Of a DNA stretch of 33,372 bases, positions 15,924-23,894 are shown piece by piece. Each line of letters opens with the position of its first letter. The stretch's first letter is position 1. Under the pieces are notes generated by a model. It was given only the letters and a program-made list of their open reading frames with translations, did not search any database and was not told where the DNA came from. The stretch is from Kiritimatiellia bacterium (GTDB lineage Bacteria; Verrucomicrobiota; Kiritimatiellia; B70-G9): NCBI GenBank assembly GCA_012961745.1, contig DTYT01000041.1:1-33372 (forward strand), written 5' to 3'. Position numbers and translations under genes: made by a program.

Positions 15924-17298
15924 CGAGGCCAGCACGCGCGAGTCGCTGCGGATGGTCTTCGAAAAGGATTATGCCGTATCGCTGGCCACGAGTGCCGCCG
16001 AAGCCCGACAAATAGTGGCCCGAAGCAATATCGACCTGGTTCTGCTGGACATAATCATGCCAGATGTCGACGGCATCACGTTCCTTCACGAACTCCACAC
16101 CGAATACCCCGACCTCCCGGTGGTGATGATAAGCGCCGCTTCATCCGTAAAGCGGGTGGTGGAAGCCATGAAGGAGGGTGCCTGGGATTATGTGACCAAG
16201 CCTTTCGATGTGGCCGAACTGCGCCACATCGTCTCGCGGGCCCTCGAAAACTCCCGGCTCAGGAGAAAACTGCATGAACTACAATGTGAAGTGGCCGAGG
16301 AGTTCCCCGTAGACCGCATAGTAGGGAATGCGCCTTTGTTTGCCCAGGCTCTCCAGGTTGTCCGCAAGGCCGCCTCAACCGATTCCACCATCCTGATCAT
16401 CGGTGAAAGCGGTACGGGGAAGGAATTGATCGCTCGTTTGGTTCACCGGCTGAGTCCCAGACGGGATGAACCGTTCGTCCCGGTGCATTGCGGGGCGATT
16501 CCGGAACAGCTGATGGAAAGCGAACTGTTCGGCTACGAAAAAGGCGCTTTCACCGGCGCCGACCGCCGCAAGCCCGGTCGTTTTGATATGGCCGGATCGG
16601 GAACCATCTTTTTCGACGAGATAAGTGAAACGCCGCATTCCGCACAGGTAAAGCTGCTCCGTGTACTGCAGGAGCGGGAGTTCGTCCGGGTAGGTGGCTC
16701 AGAGGTGGTCCGGACCGACGCGCGCATAGTCGCCGCAACCGCACAGAATCTTGAGAAACTGGTCGAGCAAGGCCGCTTCCGACGGGACCTCTTCTACCGG
16801 CTGAGCGTGGTGCCGGTGCGTCTGCCTCCCCTCCGCAATCGGCGGGAGGATATTCCCCTGCTGGCACAGTACTTCCTGAACTACTTCGGCCGCAAGGTCG
16901 GTTCCCGCCTAAGCAGTATCGACCGCGACGCCATGCGCCTGCTCCTGCGCTATGACTGGCCCGGCAACATCCGGGAACTACGCAACCTCATCGAGCGAAT
17001 GGCCGTACTGCACCGTGACCAGGATATGTTGCAGCCGGAGTTTCTACCGGAAGAATTCCATGTCCAGAACCTGTTTGCCCCCCTGCACGCCGGAACCTTC
17101 ACACTGGAGGAGGCAGTCAACGACTTCGAGCGTCATCTGGTGATCGACGCTCTCAAGAAAGCCGGCGGAGTGCAAACGCGCGCGGCTGAGCTGCTGGGAA
17201 CAACCCGCCGCATACTGAAGTACCGGATCGAGAAACTCAACATCCAACCGCAGGACTTCCGCCCCACCGTATCGTCTCCCCAGAAGGAGCGTCCCTGA
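15892..17298 (+). CDS. Sigma-54-dependent response regulator (NtrC-family enhancer-binding protein: REC, AAA+ and Fis-type HTH)
   Basis: REC: HLLIVDDEASTRESL...DLVLLDIIMPDVDGI...VVMISAASS...DYVTKPFD. AAA+: ILIIGESGTGKELIARLVH, the GAFTGA loop ESELFGYEKGAFTGA, and WPGNIRELRNLIER. HTH: TRAAELLGTTRRILKYRIEKL. The ATG at 15892 has a GGAGG 10 nt upstream and overlaps the upstream kinase by 32 nt. Confidence 0.93.
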   Translation: MKNKHLLIVDDEASTRESLRMVFEKDYAVSLATSAAEARQIVARSNIDLVLLDIIMPDVDGITFLHELHTEYPDLPVVMISAASSVKRVVEAMKEGAWDYVTKPFDVAELRHIVSRALENSRLRRKLHELQCEVAEEFPVDRIVGNAPLFAQALQVVRKAASTDSTILIIGESGTGKELIARLVHRLSPRRDEPFVPVHCGAIPEQLMESELFGYEKGAFTGADRRKPGRFDMAGSGTIFFDEISETPHSAQVKLLRVLQEREFVRVGGSEVVRTDARIVAATAQNLEKLVEQGRFRRDLFYRLSVVPVRLPPLRNRREDIPLLAQYFLNYFGRKVGSRLSSIDRDAMRLLLRYDWPGNIRELRNLIERMAVLHRDQDMLQPEFLPEEFHVQNLFAPLHAGTFTLEEAVNDFERHLVIDALKKAGGVQTRAAELLGTTRRILKYRIEKLNIQPQDFRPTVSSPQKERP

Positions 17299-17309
17299 CA
17301 CCCCCCCTG

Positions 17310-18536
17310 TCAGATCCCCCCTTCTATGAAGCCTCGAGCCGTGGCAAAAGCCCTGTCCAGATCTTCTCCGCGATCCAGTGAGGCCACGAGCACCGCCGGC
17401 ACGCGGCTGCGTCGCTTCAGCGCCGGCATCAGACGCTGCAGTGTATTCCGAATTTCCCGGCGATTCCGCCAGCCATCCAGGATCAGGCGGGCAAAGGTTT
17501 CCTCCGTAAAGCGGGAAAAGCCGAGACAGTATGCGGACAATTCCAAGGTCTCCATGAAATGGGCGAGCTTTGGCTGATACTCCAGCGCCACCACCGGGGT
17601 CAGCTCGCCGGCCGCCATGATGGCACAATGCAGACGCATCGCACAGACCATGTCCACTCGTCCAAGGACCCCCTTGACCACGTAGTGGTCGTAATCGGCA
17701 TTACTCAGCAACGCCCGCCTGTTCGGCAGCCGCACCATTGACATAAGGCGGCGGGTCACTTCCACATCCATGTACTGCGTGCAAACGAACACCACGTCCG
17801 CCCCGATCTCTTCCAGCGCACGGTTCAAGCCTGCCGCATAGATGTCCAGAACCTTCTCGCCCAGCTGTAGAGACCCTTCCGCCCAACTGTCGAAGTATCG
17901 GTTGATATTCACCGCCAGAATCGGACGATCGCGATTCAGTCCCCTTTCCTCCATCACTCGCTCGACCACTTCCGCAGGAGCCGGACACACGTCCAGCGCC
18001 GCGTCAGCTCCCAAAAGCACCCGGCTGTTCTGCACACCCAGCTCCTCCATGATTCGCAGGGATGCCCGGTCACGCACGGTTACGAAGTCCATCAATTCCA
18101 GCAATCCTCTCAGCATGCGCCGCCCGGCTCGCGTCGAGACCGGCCCCACACCGATATCATAGCACCCCAAGAGCTTCCCGCGGCGCTTGACCGCCGGCAG
18201 CATCGCGTACAGCGACGACATGAAATTGAAAAGCGGATTATATAATTCCCGATCAAACAGAATCGCATCGAATACCAGCGTCAGGTCGGTCCGCATCATC
18301 GAACGCCAGGTGGGCAGCCCCAGCATTTTCAGCGACAGGTGCCAAGGCATCATGGATACCGGACGGGTGCGATTGGGATAATGTTTCCGGATATAGGAAG
18401 GGCGAATGGTCGGTATCTCATACAGCACCCTGCGCCCGCAGGCCTCATCTATCGCCGCCATAAGGCCGGCGAGCAAGGCGGCATCGCCGGCATTGCGGCC
18501 CGAGGAACTGCCCAGCAGCGTTAGGCTGCCAATCAC
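17310..18536 (-). CDS. Polysaccharide pyruvyl transferase family protein
   Basis: The N-terminus LTLLGSSSGRNAGDAALLAGLMAAIDEA is typical of PS_pyruv_trans (CsaB/WcaK-like) proteins, as are the length and the C-terminal MRLHCAIMAAGELTPVVALEYQPK. The GTG start overlaps the upstream stop (GTGA at 18533-18536). Confidence 0.7.
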   Translation of the reverse strand: MIGSLTLLGSSSGRNAGDAALLAGLMAAIDEACGRRVLYEIPTIRPSYIRKHYPNRTRPVSMMPWHLSLKMLGLPTWRSMMRTDLTLVFDAILFDRELYNPLFNFMSSLYAMLPAVKRRGKLLGCYDIGVGPVSTRAGRRMLRGLLELMDFVTVRDRASLRIMEELGVQNSRVLLGADAALDVCPAPAEVVERVMEERGLNRDRPILAVNINRYFDSWAEGSLQLGEKVLDIYAAGLNRALEEIGADVVFVCTQYMDVEVTRRLMSMVRLPNRRALLSNADYDHYVVKGVLGRVDMVCAMRLHCAIMAAGELTPVVALEYQPKLAHFMETLELSAYCLGFSRFTEETFARLILDGWRNRREIRNTLQRLMPALKRRSRVPAVLVASLDRGEDLDRAFATARGFIEGGI

Positions 18537-19369
18537 TGCACCGCTCCGCTTGACCGGTTCGTTTCCGGCCCAGTGGCTCGTTTACGTCTGGCAAGCCGCA
18601 GAAGCCGTAAGGCCACCTCCCCCGCACCAGGACGCTCACCCACCACACCTACTCCACCGGAGACCTCCAGCAAACCACGACGCAGCGATGTCACCGGCTG
18701 ACAGGGATCAAACCCGGTAGGGACATGCGTGGCCGGGCTTCCTACGTATCTCTCCTCGCCGGGTAAGGGAAGCGAATCAGACCCTGCGGCCACCACGTAT
18801 CCCGCCCCCCGTGCCAGTTTCAGTAGTCCGGGAAGCGGACTGCTCCGGGGTAACAAGGAGCTTACCGAAAGAACAAACTTCCCCGGGATATAGGCGTCGA
18901 TCAGGTTGCGGATCTGTCGCCCGCGCCGGAATGTCCACTTGCCGGGAGACCATGGCAGCACGGGAATCCCCCCCCTCTCGCGGATAGCGTTGAGCAGATA
19001 GTCAACAGCGTGTCCCGACGGGAGATCGCTTTCCGTGCCTACTTCCAGTATTTCCAGAGCCTCATAGGTGACCATCTGCCTGCCCGGAATCAGCAGCAGC
19101 TCGCCGCCCGAGGGGGAAGATACCCTGGCCGCACCCTCCTGATGTTCCTCCACCGAATAGCCGCCTCCTTCCAGGGAAACCTGTATCCGCTCCACCATGC
19201 CGCTGAAACTGCCCTTACCGGTAGTCAGCACACACAGCACCCCGCACCAGTCATCCTCCTCTCCGGTGCGGTGGGCCGCCTCCTGCAGGTTCTGCATGGC
19301 CGCCTCTATCCATCGAGGGATGGCGAAACAATCATACAAGTGAACATGAATGTCCGCGAGGACCCGCAT
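18533..19369 (-). CDS. Uncharacterised protein with an N-terminal D-x-H-x-H metal-hydrolase-like motif (amidohydrolase/TatD/PHP superfamily-like)
   Basis: It starts MRVLADIHVHLYDCF, which is the D.H.HL.D pattern of metal-dependent hydrolases, and has a later AAGSDSLP. The ATG at 19369 has an AGAGGAG SD. It is coupled to the pyruvyl transferase. The coding call is solid; the functional call is weak. Confidence 0.6.
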   Translation of the reverse strand: MRVLADIHVHLYDCFAIPRWIEAAMQNLQEAAHRTGEEDDWCGVLCVLTTGKGSFSGMVERIQVSLEGGGYSVEEHQEGAARVSSPSGGELLLIPGRQMVTYEALEILEVGTESDLPSGHAVDYLLNAIRERGGIPVLPWSPGKWTFRRGRQIRNLIDAYIPGKFVLSVSSLLPRSSPLPGLLKLARGAGYVVAAGSDSLPLPGEERYVGSPATHVPTGFDPCQPVTSLRRGLLEVSGGVGVVGERPGAGEVALRLLRLARRKRATGPETNRSSGAVQ

Positions 19370-19496
19370 CCCGAAAACTCCTCTGCCATAATCAGGCCCT
19401 TATTGCCCCGTGAGATGCGGCTTGGCAAGAAATAATGAGCCGACTTTCTTCTTTTCCCCATACGTCCACTCCACTAGTCTCCTGGCGCAAGTCGCG

Positions 19497-20507
19497 ATGC
19501 ACGCAAACGACGTACAACCAAGACCGGAAATCAATCTGGTAACGGGGGCCAGTGGATTCGTGGGCAGCGCCCTGGTGGACTACTTGCACAGATTGGGGCG
19601 CCCTGTGCGGGCGATGGTACGTAATCCGGCCGCCGTGCCGCCGCTGCGGGCCAGGGGTATCCCTGTCACCGTGGCGGACCTGCACGACTATCAGTCCTTG
19701 CTCAAGGCGGTACAAGGTGTCGATTACATCTACCATATCGCTGCTCTTTTCCGCCAAGCAGGCCTTCCCGAGCGCGAATTCTACGAGGTAAACGCGGAGG
19801 GGACACGCCGACTTCTGGAGGCCGCCGTAGCCGGGGGAGTCAGGCGCGTGGTTCACTGCTCCACCGTGGGAGTCCTGGGACACATAAACAATCCGCCGGC
19901 CGATGAAGAGGCCCCTTATAATCCCGGCGATGTCTACCAGCGCAGCAAGATGCAAGGTGAAAAGATCGCCCTGCAATATTTCCGCAGCGGAAAAATTGCG
20001 GGAGTAGTGATCCGTCCGGCGATGATCTACGGACCGGGTGACCGGAGAACCCTGAAACTCTTCCGCATGATCGCCCGGCGCAGGTTCTTCTACGTGGGAT
20101 CAGGGGAGCTGGAGGTACACTTCGTCGATGTGCGGGACTTGGTCCGGGCTTTCGTAATGGCCATGGATCGTGAGGAAATCTCCGGCGAAGTATATATCAT
20201 TGCGGGGGAACGCGCCCTGCCCCTGCGCGAAATGGTGGAAATTGTCGCCCGCGAACTGGGGGTGGCCCCGCCGCGATGGCACCTTCCTGTACGTCCCCTG
20301 CAATGGCTCGGCAGTATCTGCGAAAGCGTCTGTATCCCTCTGCACATCCAGCCGCCCATCTTTCGCCGCCGCGTAGACTTTTTTACCAAACGCCGCTCAT
20401 TCGACACCTCCAAGGCCGCGCGCGAGCTAGGGTATTCTCCCGCCAAGTCGGTTGAAGAGGAAGTCGCGGAAATCATTGCGTGGTACCGGCAACATGGCTG
20501 GCTGTAA
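19497..20507 (+). CDS. NAD-dependent epimerase/dehydratase (extended SDR family)
   Basis: Rossmann motif INLVTGASGFVGSALVDYL. Catalytic YxxxK in DVYQRSKMQGE. Also VVIRPAMIYGPGD. The ATG at 19497 gives a standard N-terminus. The ORF-track start at 19410 is a GTG with an atypical 29-aa leader. Confidence 0.85.
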   Translation: MHANDVQPRPEINLVTGASGFVGSALVDYLHRLGRPVRAMVRNPAAVPPLRARGIPVTVADLHDYQSLLKAVQGVDYIYHIAALFRQAGLPEREFYEVNAEGTRRLLEAAVAGGVRRVVHCSTVGVLGHINNPPADEEAPYNPGDVYQRSKMQGEKIALQYFRSGKIAGVVIRPAMIYGPGDRRTLKLFRMIARRRFFYVGSGELEVHFVDVRDLVRAFVMAMDREEISGEVYIIAGERALPLREMVEIVARELGVAPPRWHLPVRPLQWLGSICESVCIPLHIQPPIFRRRVDFFTKRRSFDTSKAARELGYSPAKSVEEEVAEIIAWYRQHGWL

Positions 20508-20514
20508 ATGCCCG

Positions 20515-21315
20515 CTAGCGGAAATCTCCGGTGGCGGCACCAACCCGCAGGAACTTACGCTCATCTCCGAATTCCAACCATACTCCCCGGTTGCCAACCA
20601 AAAGAACCCGTACACCCTCGACCATATCACCGCCGCCGACAATCCGACCGTTGACGATCGCCGCCGACGCTCCGCCCGCCTGGCGGATGATACCGGACAC
20701 CTGCAACGGCGGCCACACAGGCGACCTTCGGGATGGAACCGGCTGTACCGGCTCCCCGGATACCGCTTGTGGTTCTTGCACAGCGACCGGAGGTTTCCGG
20801 GAGGCTGCTTCCGGGAGTGCCTGGCGGGCTGCAACTGCGGCAGTCGCCGCAGAGGCAGGATCACCTTCAGGAGATGTGCGGGTCCGCCCCGATGTCGATT
20901 TCGCTTCCCCCGCGGACAGATCCGGAGCCACCGGCGCCGCCTGTCGCCCCGCCGGCTCTGCAGGTGCAGGCTCCGCTGGCGGCGCCGCGGAAGAACCCTT
21001 CGGATGAACCGCCTCCGCCAGAGTCCCGGATATCGCCTCTAGCGGTTCCTCCTTCACCGGCTTCGAGACCACCGCCGCTTTTCCGGAGCCCAGACGCGGC
21101 AAGGCACGCACAATGAACAGGAGCAATCCCACTGCACTGGCCGATACTACAAGCACCAGGATCAGAACCGACAGGAGCGCGAGCCACTCTTTACGGGATG
21201 AATCCGTGGCAGCAACTACGGGCTCAGACGGAGCTTCCGTCCGATCTCCCGGAGACTCAGGCGGTCGGCCGCCATCCGCTTCCCGGCGCCGTAAGGCCTC
21301 CTGGATCAGACTCAT
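20515..21315 (-). CDS. GspB/ExeB-like protein (N-terminal MSLIQEAL motif, one TM, Pro/Ala-rich linker, C-terminal GspB-type domain)
   Basis: The N-terminus MSLIQEALRRRE resembles the MSYILDAL.K.E opening of GspB/ExeB. TM helix WLALLSVLILVLVVSASAVGLLLFIV. The C-terminus LQVSGIIRQAGGASAAIVNGRIVGGGDMVEGVRVLLVGNRGVWLEFGDERKFLRV matches the GspB C-terminal pattern (L.L.G......A.ING..V..GD...G..V..I....V.L). The start overlaps the upstream stop (ATGA at 21312-21315). Confidence 0.65.
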   Translation of the reverse strand: MSLIQEALRRREADGGRPPESPGDRTEAPSEPVVAATDSSRKEWLALLSVLILVLVVSASAVGLLLFIVRALPRLGSGKAAVVSKPVKEEPLEAISGTLAEAVHPKGSSAAPPAEPAPAEPAGRQAAPVAPDLSAGEAKSTSGRTRTSPEGDPASAATAAVAARQALPEAASRKPPVAVQEPQAVSGEPVQPVPSRRSPVWPPLQVSGIIRQAGGASAAIVNGRIVGGGDMVEGVRVLLVGNRGVWLEFGDERKFLRVGAATGDFR

Positions 21316-22121
21316 CTCACCAGTTCCAAGTGCTGCAGGCTGCGCTTGACTTCTCTCAATCCGACGAGGAGCGACCTGTTCACGAACCCCGCCAACATTG
21401 CGTGGTCTGCGATGGTGTTGATCAGGCGCGGTATGCCGCCGGAATACCGGTGGACCAGCCTTATTGCCCGTCGCTCGAAAACCACCCGGGAATCCGCCCC
21501 AGCCACTCTTAACCGGTGCGCGATGTAGCTGGCGGTTTCTTCTTCGGTCAGCGGTCCGAGGTGAGCCCGTACGATAACCCGCTGGCGCAGTTGCCGAAGA
21601 TCCGGTGAGGCCAGCTTCCTTTCCAGCTCAGGCTGTCCCACGAGCACAATCTGCATCAGCTTATGCTGATCGGTCTCCAGGTTGTTGAGCAGTCGGATCT
21701 GTTCAAGCACCGTGGGTGCAAGATCCTGAGCCTCATCTATAATGAGCGCCACGTTGTTTCCAGTCGCGAGCTGTTCCAGGAGAAAGGCATTAAGCTGATT
21801 GATCTGACTCAAACGGTCACGGCTCCGGGGCACCAGCCCGAAATCCTGAAGAATCGCCCGCAATAACTGGGTTTCGGTCATGGCAGGATTCAGGATCAGA
21901 GCGGTACGGGTGTTGGACGGCAAATCGGCCAGCGCTGCCCGACACAGGGTGGTTTTCCCCGACCCGACTTCCCCGGTCAGCTGGATGAATCCGCGTCGGG
22001 TCTCGATGCCGTACAGCAAATGGTCGTACGCCTCGCGATGGCTGGAGGAAAAGAAGAGAAAACGCGGGTCAGGAGTTATATTGAAAGGCGGCTCGCTCAA
22101 CCCATAGAAATCGAGGTACAT
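21312..22121 (-). CDS. ExeA/GspA/MshM-type AAA+ ATPase (short form with no peptidoglycan-binding domain)
   Basis: MYLDFYGLSEPPFNITPDPRFLFFSSSHREAYDHLLYGIETRRGFIQLTGEVGSGKTTLCRAAL is the classic ExeA/MshM N-terminus with Walker A. Walker B is ALIIDEAQDL. Also QIVLVGQPEL and VHRYSGGIPRLIN. Confidence 0.85.
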   Translation of the reverse strand: MYLDFYGLSEPPFNITPDPRFLFFSSSHREAYDHLLYGIETRRGFIQLTGEVGSGKTTLCRAALADLPSNTRTALILNPAMTETQLLRAILQDFGLVPRSRDRLSQINQLNAFLLEQLATGNNVALIIDEAQDLAPTVLEQIRLLNNLETDQHKLMQIVLVGQPELERKLASPDLRQLRQRVIVRAHLGPLTEEETASYIAHRLRVAGADSRVVFERRAIRLVHRYSGGIPRLINTIADHAMLAGFVNRSLLVGLREVKRSLQHLELVR

Positions 22122-22142
22122 CTGCCCATCCGTCTATCCCAT

Positions 22143-22171
22143 CTCATACTCACAGATCTGGTCGGCGTCAA
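22143..22171 (-). promoter_or_regulatory. Candidate internal sigma-70-type promoter upstream of the ExeA-like gene (TTGACG-N17-TATGAG on the minus strand)
   Basis: On the minus strand, TTGACG lies at 22171-22166, followed by a 17-nt spacer and TATGAG at 22148-22143. This is about 22 nt upstream of the ATG at 22121. Pattern only. Confidence 0.3.
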
Positions 22172-22197
22172 CGGTAAGTTCTGTCCCGGCATGGCGG

Positions 22198-23130
22198 TCA
22201 GCGGTGCCCAGCAGCGTAATGCGGATGAGGATGGTCTTTCTGTTGGCCGTGACGGCTATGTCCTCGGGAACATACCTGCTTGGCCGGGAAGATCTCCCGC
22301 CAAGCGGACTCAACCCATTCCCGGTTCAACCGCCCGGCCCGCAGGGCCGCCACGCGCTCCTGGAGTGCGTGATTCCCGGGAAACATCTCTAAGCTCCGCT
22401 CAAAGACCTTCAGCGCCTGATGCACGTCGCCATCCAACTCGTACAGGAACCCTCGGTATGACAGCATTCGCGCAAGCTCGAGCCGGATTTCCCGGTCGGC
22501 CGGATCGTGTTCGCCGGGCCAGAGGCGCATTCCCGCATCCAGCATGCGCGCGGCGGAATCCTTATCCTGGAGCATCATGTGGAGGCGCGCCGCCTCGGCA
22601 TACAGCCGGAATTCTTTCGGGTTGTGCCGGATGGCTTGCCCCATCACCCGCAATGCGAGATCGGGTCTCCCGCAATCGGTCGCCAGCGAGTAGGCCGCCA
22701 CCAAGTAGGCCTCCACATTATGGGGATCGGCCAGTGTGGCCAAGCGCAGCCACGGTAAGATCTCCCGTACCTGCCGCCCATGAATATGCACATGCCGCTC
22801 CGGTGAGATGGCGCTACGCCACTTCTGGAAAAGGTCCCCAAATGCCCTCGGGCCCTTGTGAGGCACACCGCAATGGAAGTACATGTCCGCCATCTCATAA
22901 AAAGACCCGCTCAGTGCCTTCCGGCTGCCCGAAAGCAGGTAGTCCAGAATGCCCTCTTCGCCCCGCCGCAGGGAATAGAGATAGTCATCCAGCGAGCAGA
23001 GGGTCGCAAACGCCGCCACCCATAATGCCGCCACTGCGAGCACCGGCAAAGACTGCATCCGCAGGCACCGCGGCACCCGCGCTACAGCAGCTCGCTGCGC
23101 CGGAACATCTTGTGCCGGTAACTGAGCCAT
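22198..23130 (-). CDS. Membrane-anchored TPR-repeat protein
   Basis: An N-terminal hydrophobic anchor (LPVLAVAALWVAAFATLCSL) is followed by TPR-like helical repeats (NVEAYLVAAYSLA...DLALRVMGQAIRHNPKEFRLYAEAARLHMM...DSAARMLDAGMRL...HQALKVFERSLEMFPGNHALQERVAAL). The ATG at 23130 overlaps the permease gene by 49 nt. The ATG at 23058 (MQSLPVLAV...) is an equally plausible non-overlapping start. Confidence 0.7.
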   Translation of the reverse strand: MAQLPAQDVPAQRAAVARVPRCLRMQSLPVLAVAALWVAAFATLCSLDDYLYSLRRGEEGILDYLLSGSRKALSGSFYEMADMYFHCGVPHKGPRAFGDLFQKWRSAISPERHVHIHGRQVREILPWLRLATLADPHNVEAYLVAAYSLATDCGRPDLALRVMGQAIRHNPKEFRLYAEAARLHMMLQDKDSAARMLDAGMRLWPGEHDPADREIRLELARMLSYRGFLYELDGDVHQALKVFERSLEMFPGNHALQERVAALRAGRLNREWVESAWREIFPAKQVCSRGHSRHGQQKDHPHPHYAAGHR

Positions 23131-23894
23131 GCCACCACCAGGAGCAGTGCCGCCAGCAGGGCCGCGTACGCCGCAATTCTTGCAAAGATTGTCCAGTCCA
23201 CCGGACCCCAGTCATGGACAAGTCGTCGCCGCATATCAAAGAGTTCGAAATGCGGCAACAGATAGTAAAGCAGCAACATAGCATCCATCCGCAACCCCGA
23301 AGCATACATGGCCAGCGTTGGCACCTGTGGCAACATCCAGATGCTACCACCGATAATCACCAGTGCCATGGTCACCACCGCCCCGTACGTTAGCCGAGTT
23401 GAGAATGCCAGCGCCAATGCGGACATCACGGCCAGAGCGCAGACGTGTAATGTCCAGCACTGCAGCAGCGTCAGCCAATCCGGGGACCACTCCCTGAGCA
23501 CGGCTACCGCGGTAACCAGCAGATAGAACACCGCCGTTGCAGCTGCGCACGCCAGCCAGCCCCCCAGCCACTTACCGACTATCAACTGTCCCCGGCTTAT
23601 CGGTTTGGCCAGCAAAGGGAATACGGTCCCGTCCCGTTCTTCCGCAGGCAACTGTCGCCCCACCAGAAACACGGCAAGAACTGAAGAGGCGATCCAAGCC
23701 ATCAGCAGGCCGCTGTCTACAAGATAACGCGGCGTTGATCCCAATCCGAATACGTCGGCGGTCAATAGCATGAACAACAGTGCTGCCAATATAATCGCTA
23801 ACACGTAGAAATCTTTCCGCCGGATCATCTCCAGCCACACTATGCGCGCTATGGTAAGCACTCTTCTCACGATCCCGCGGCCTCTCTGGCCCAC
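23082..23894 (-). CDS. ABC-2-type transporter permease
   Basis: About 6 hydrophobic helices. The N-terminus LTIARIVWLEMIRRKDFYVLAIIL is typical of ABC-2 / NosY-like permeases. It lies immediately downstream of an ABC ATPase. The start is uncertain, with in-frame GTG codons at 23894, 23870 and 23861. Confidence 0.75.
   Translation of the reverse strand: MGQRGRGIVRRVLTIARIVWLEMIRRKDFYVLAIILAALLFMLLTADVFGLGSTPRYLVDSGLLMAWIASSVLAVFLVGRQLPAEERDGTVFPLLAKPISRGQLIVGKWLGGWLACAAATAVFYLLVTAVAVLREWSPDWLTLLQCWTLHVCALAVMSALALAFSTRLTYGAVVTMALVIIGGSIWMLPQVPTLAMYASGLRMDAMLLLYYLLPHFELFDMRRRLVHDWGPVDWTIFARIAAYAALLAALLLVVAWLSYRHKMFRRSELL

Noticed and set aside
14703-15935. 410-aa ORF on the minus strand, opposite the second kinase
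   Set aside because: Same reasoning. It has no motifs, biased composition, and lies fully inside a well-supported plus-strand CDS.
11384-17298. Possibility that the kinase/EBP pair is the PEP-CTERM-associated PrsK/PrsR system, with the ExeA-like ATPase as its locus-associated partner
   Set aside because: No exosortase gene and no PEP-CTERM-tailed protein is visible in the window. The only C-terminal tail seen ends RFYRISKLD. The idea cannot be supported from this sequence alone.
22020-23393. 457-aa plus-strand ORF spanning the ExeA, TPR and permease region
   Set aside because: The translation is extremely Pro/Arg/Ala/Ser-rich. It overlaps three minus-strand genes that have coherent domain content.
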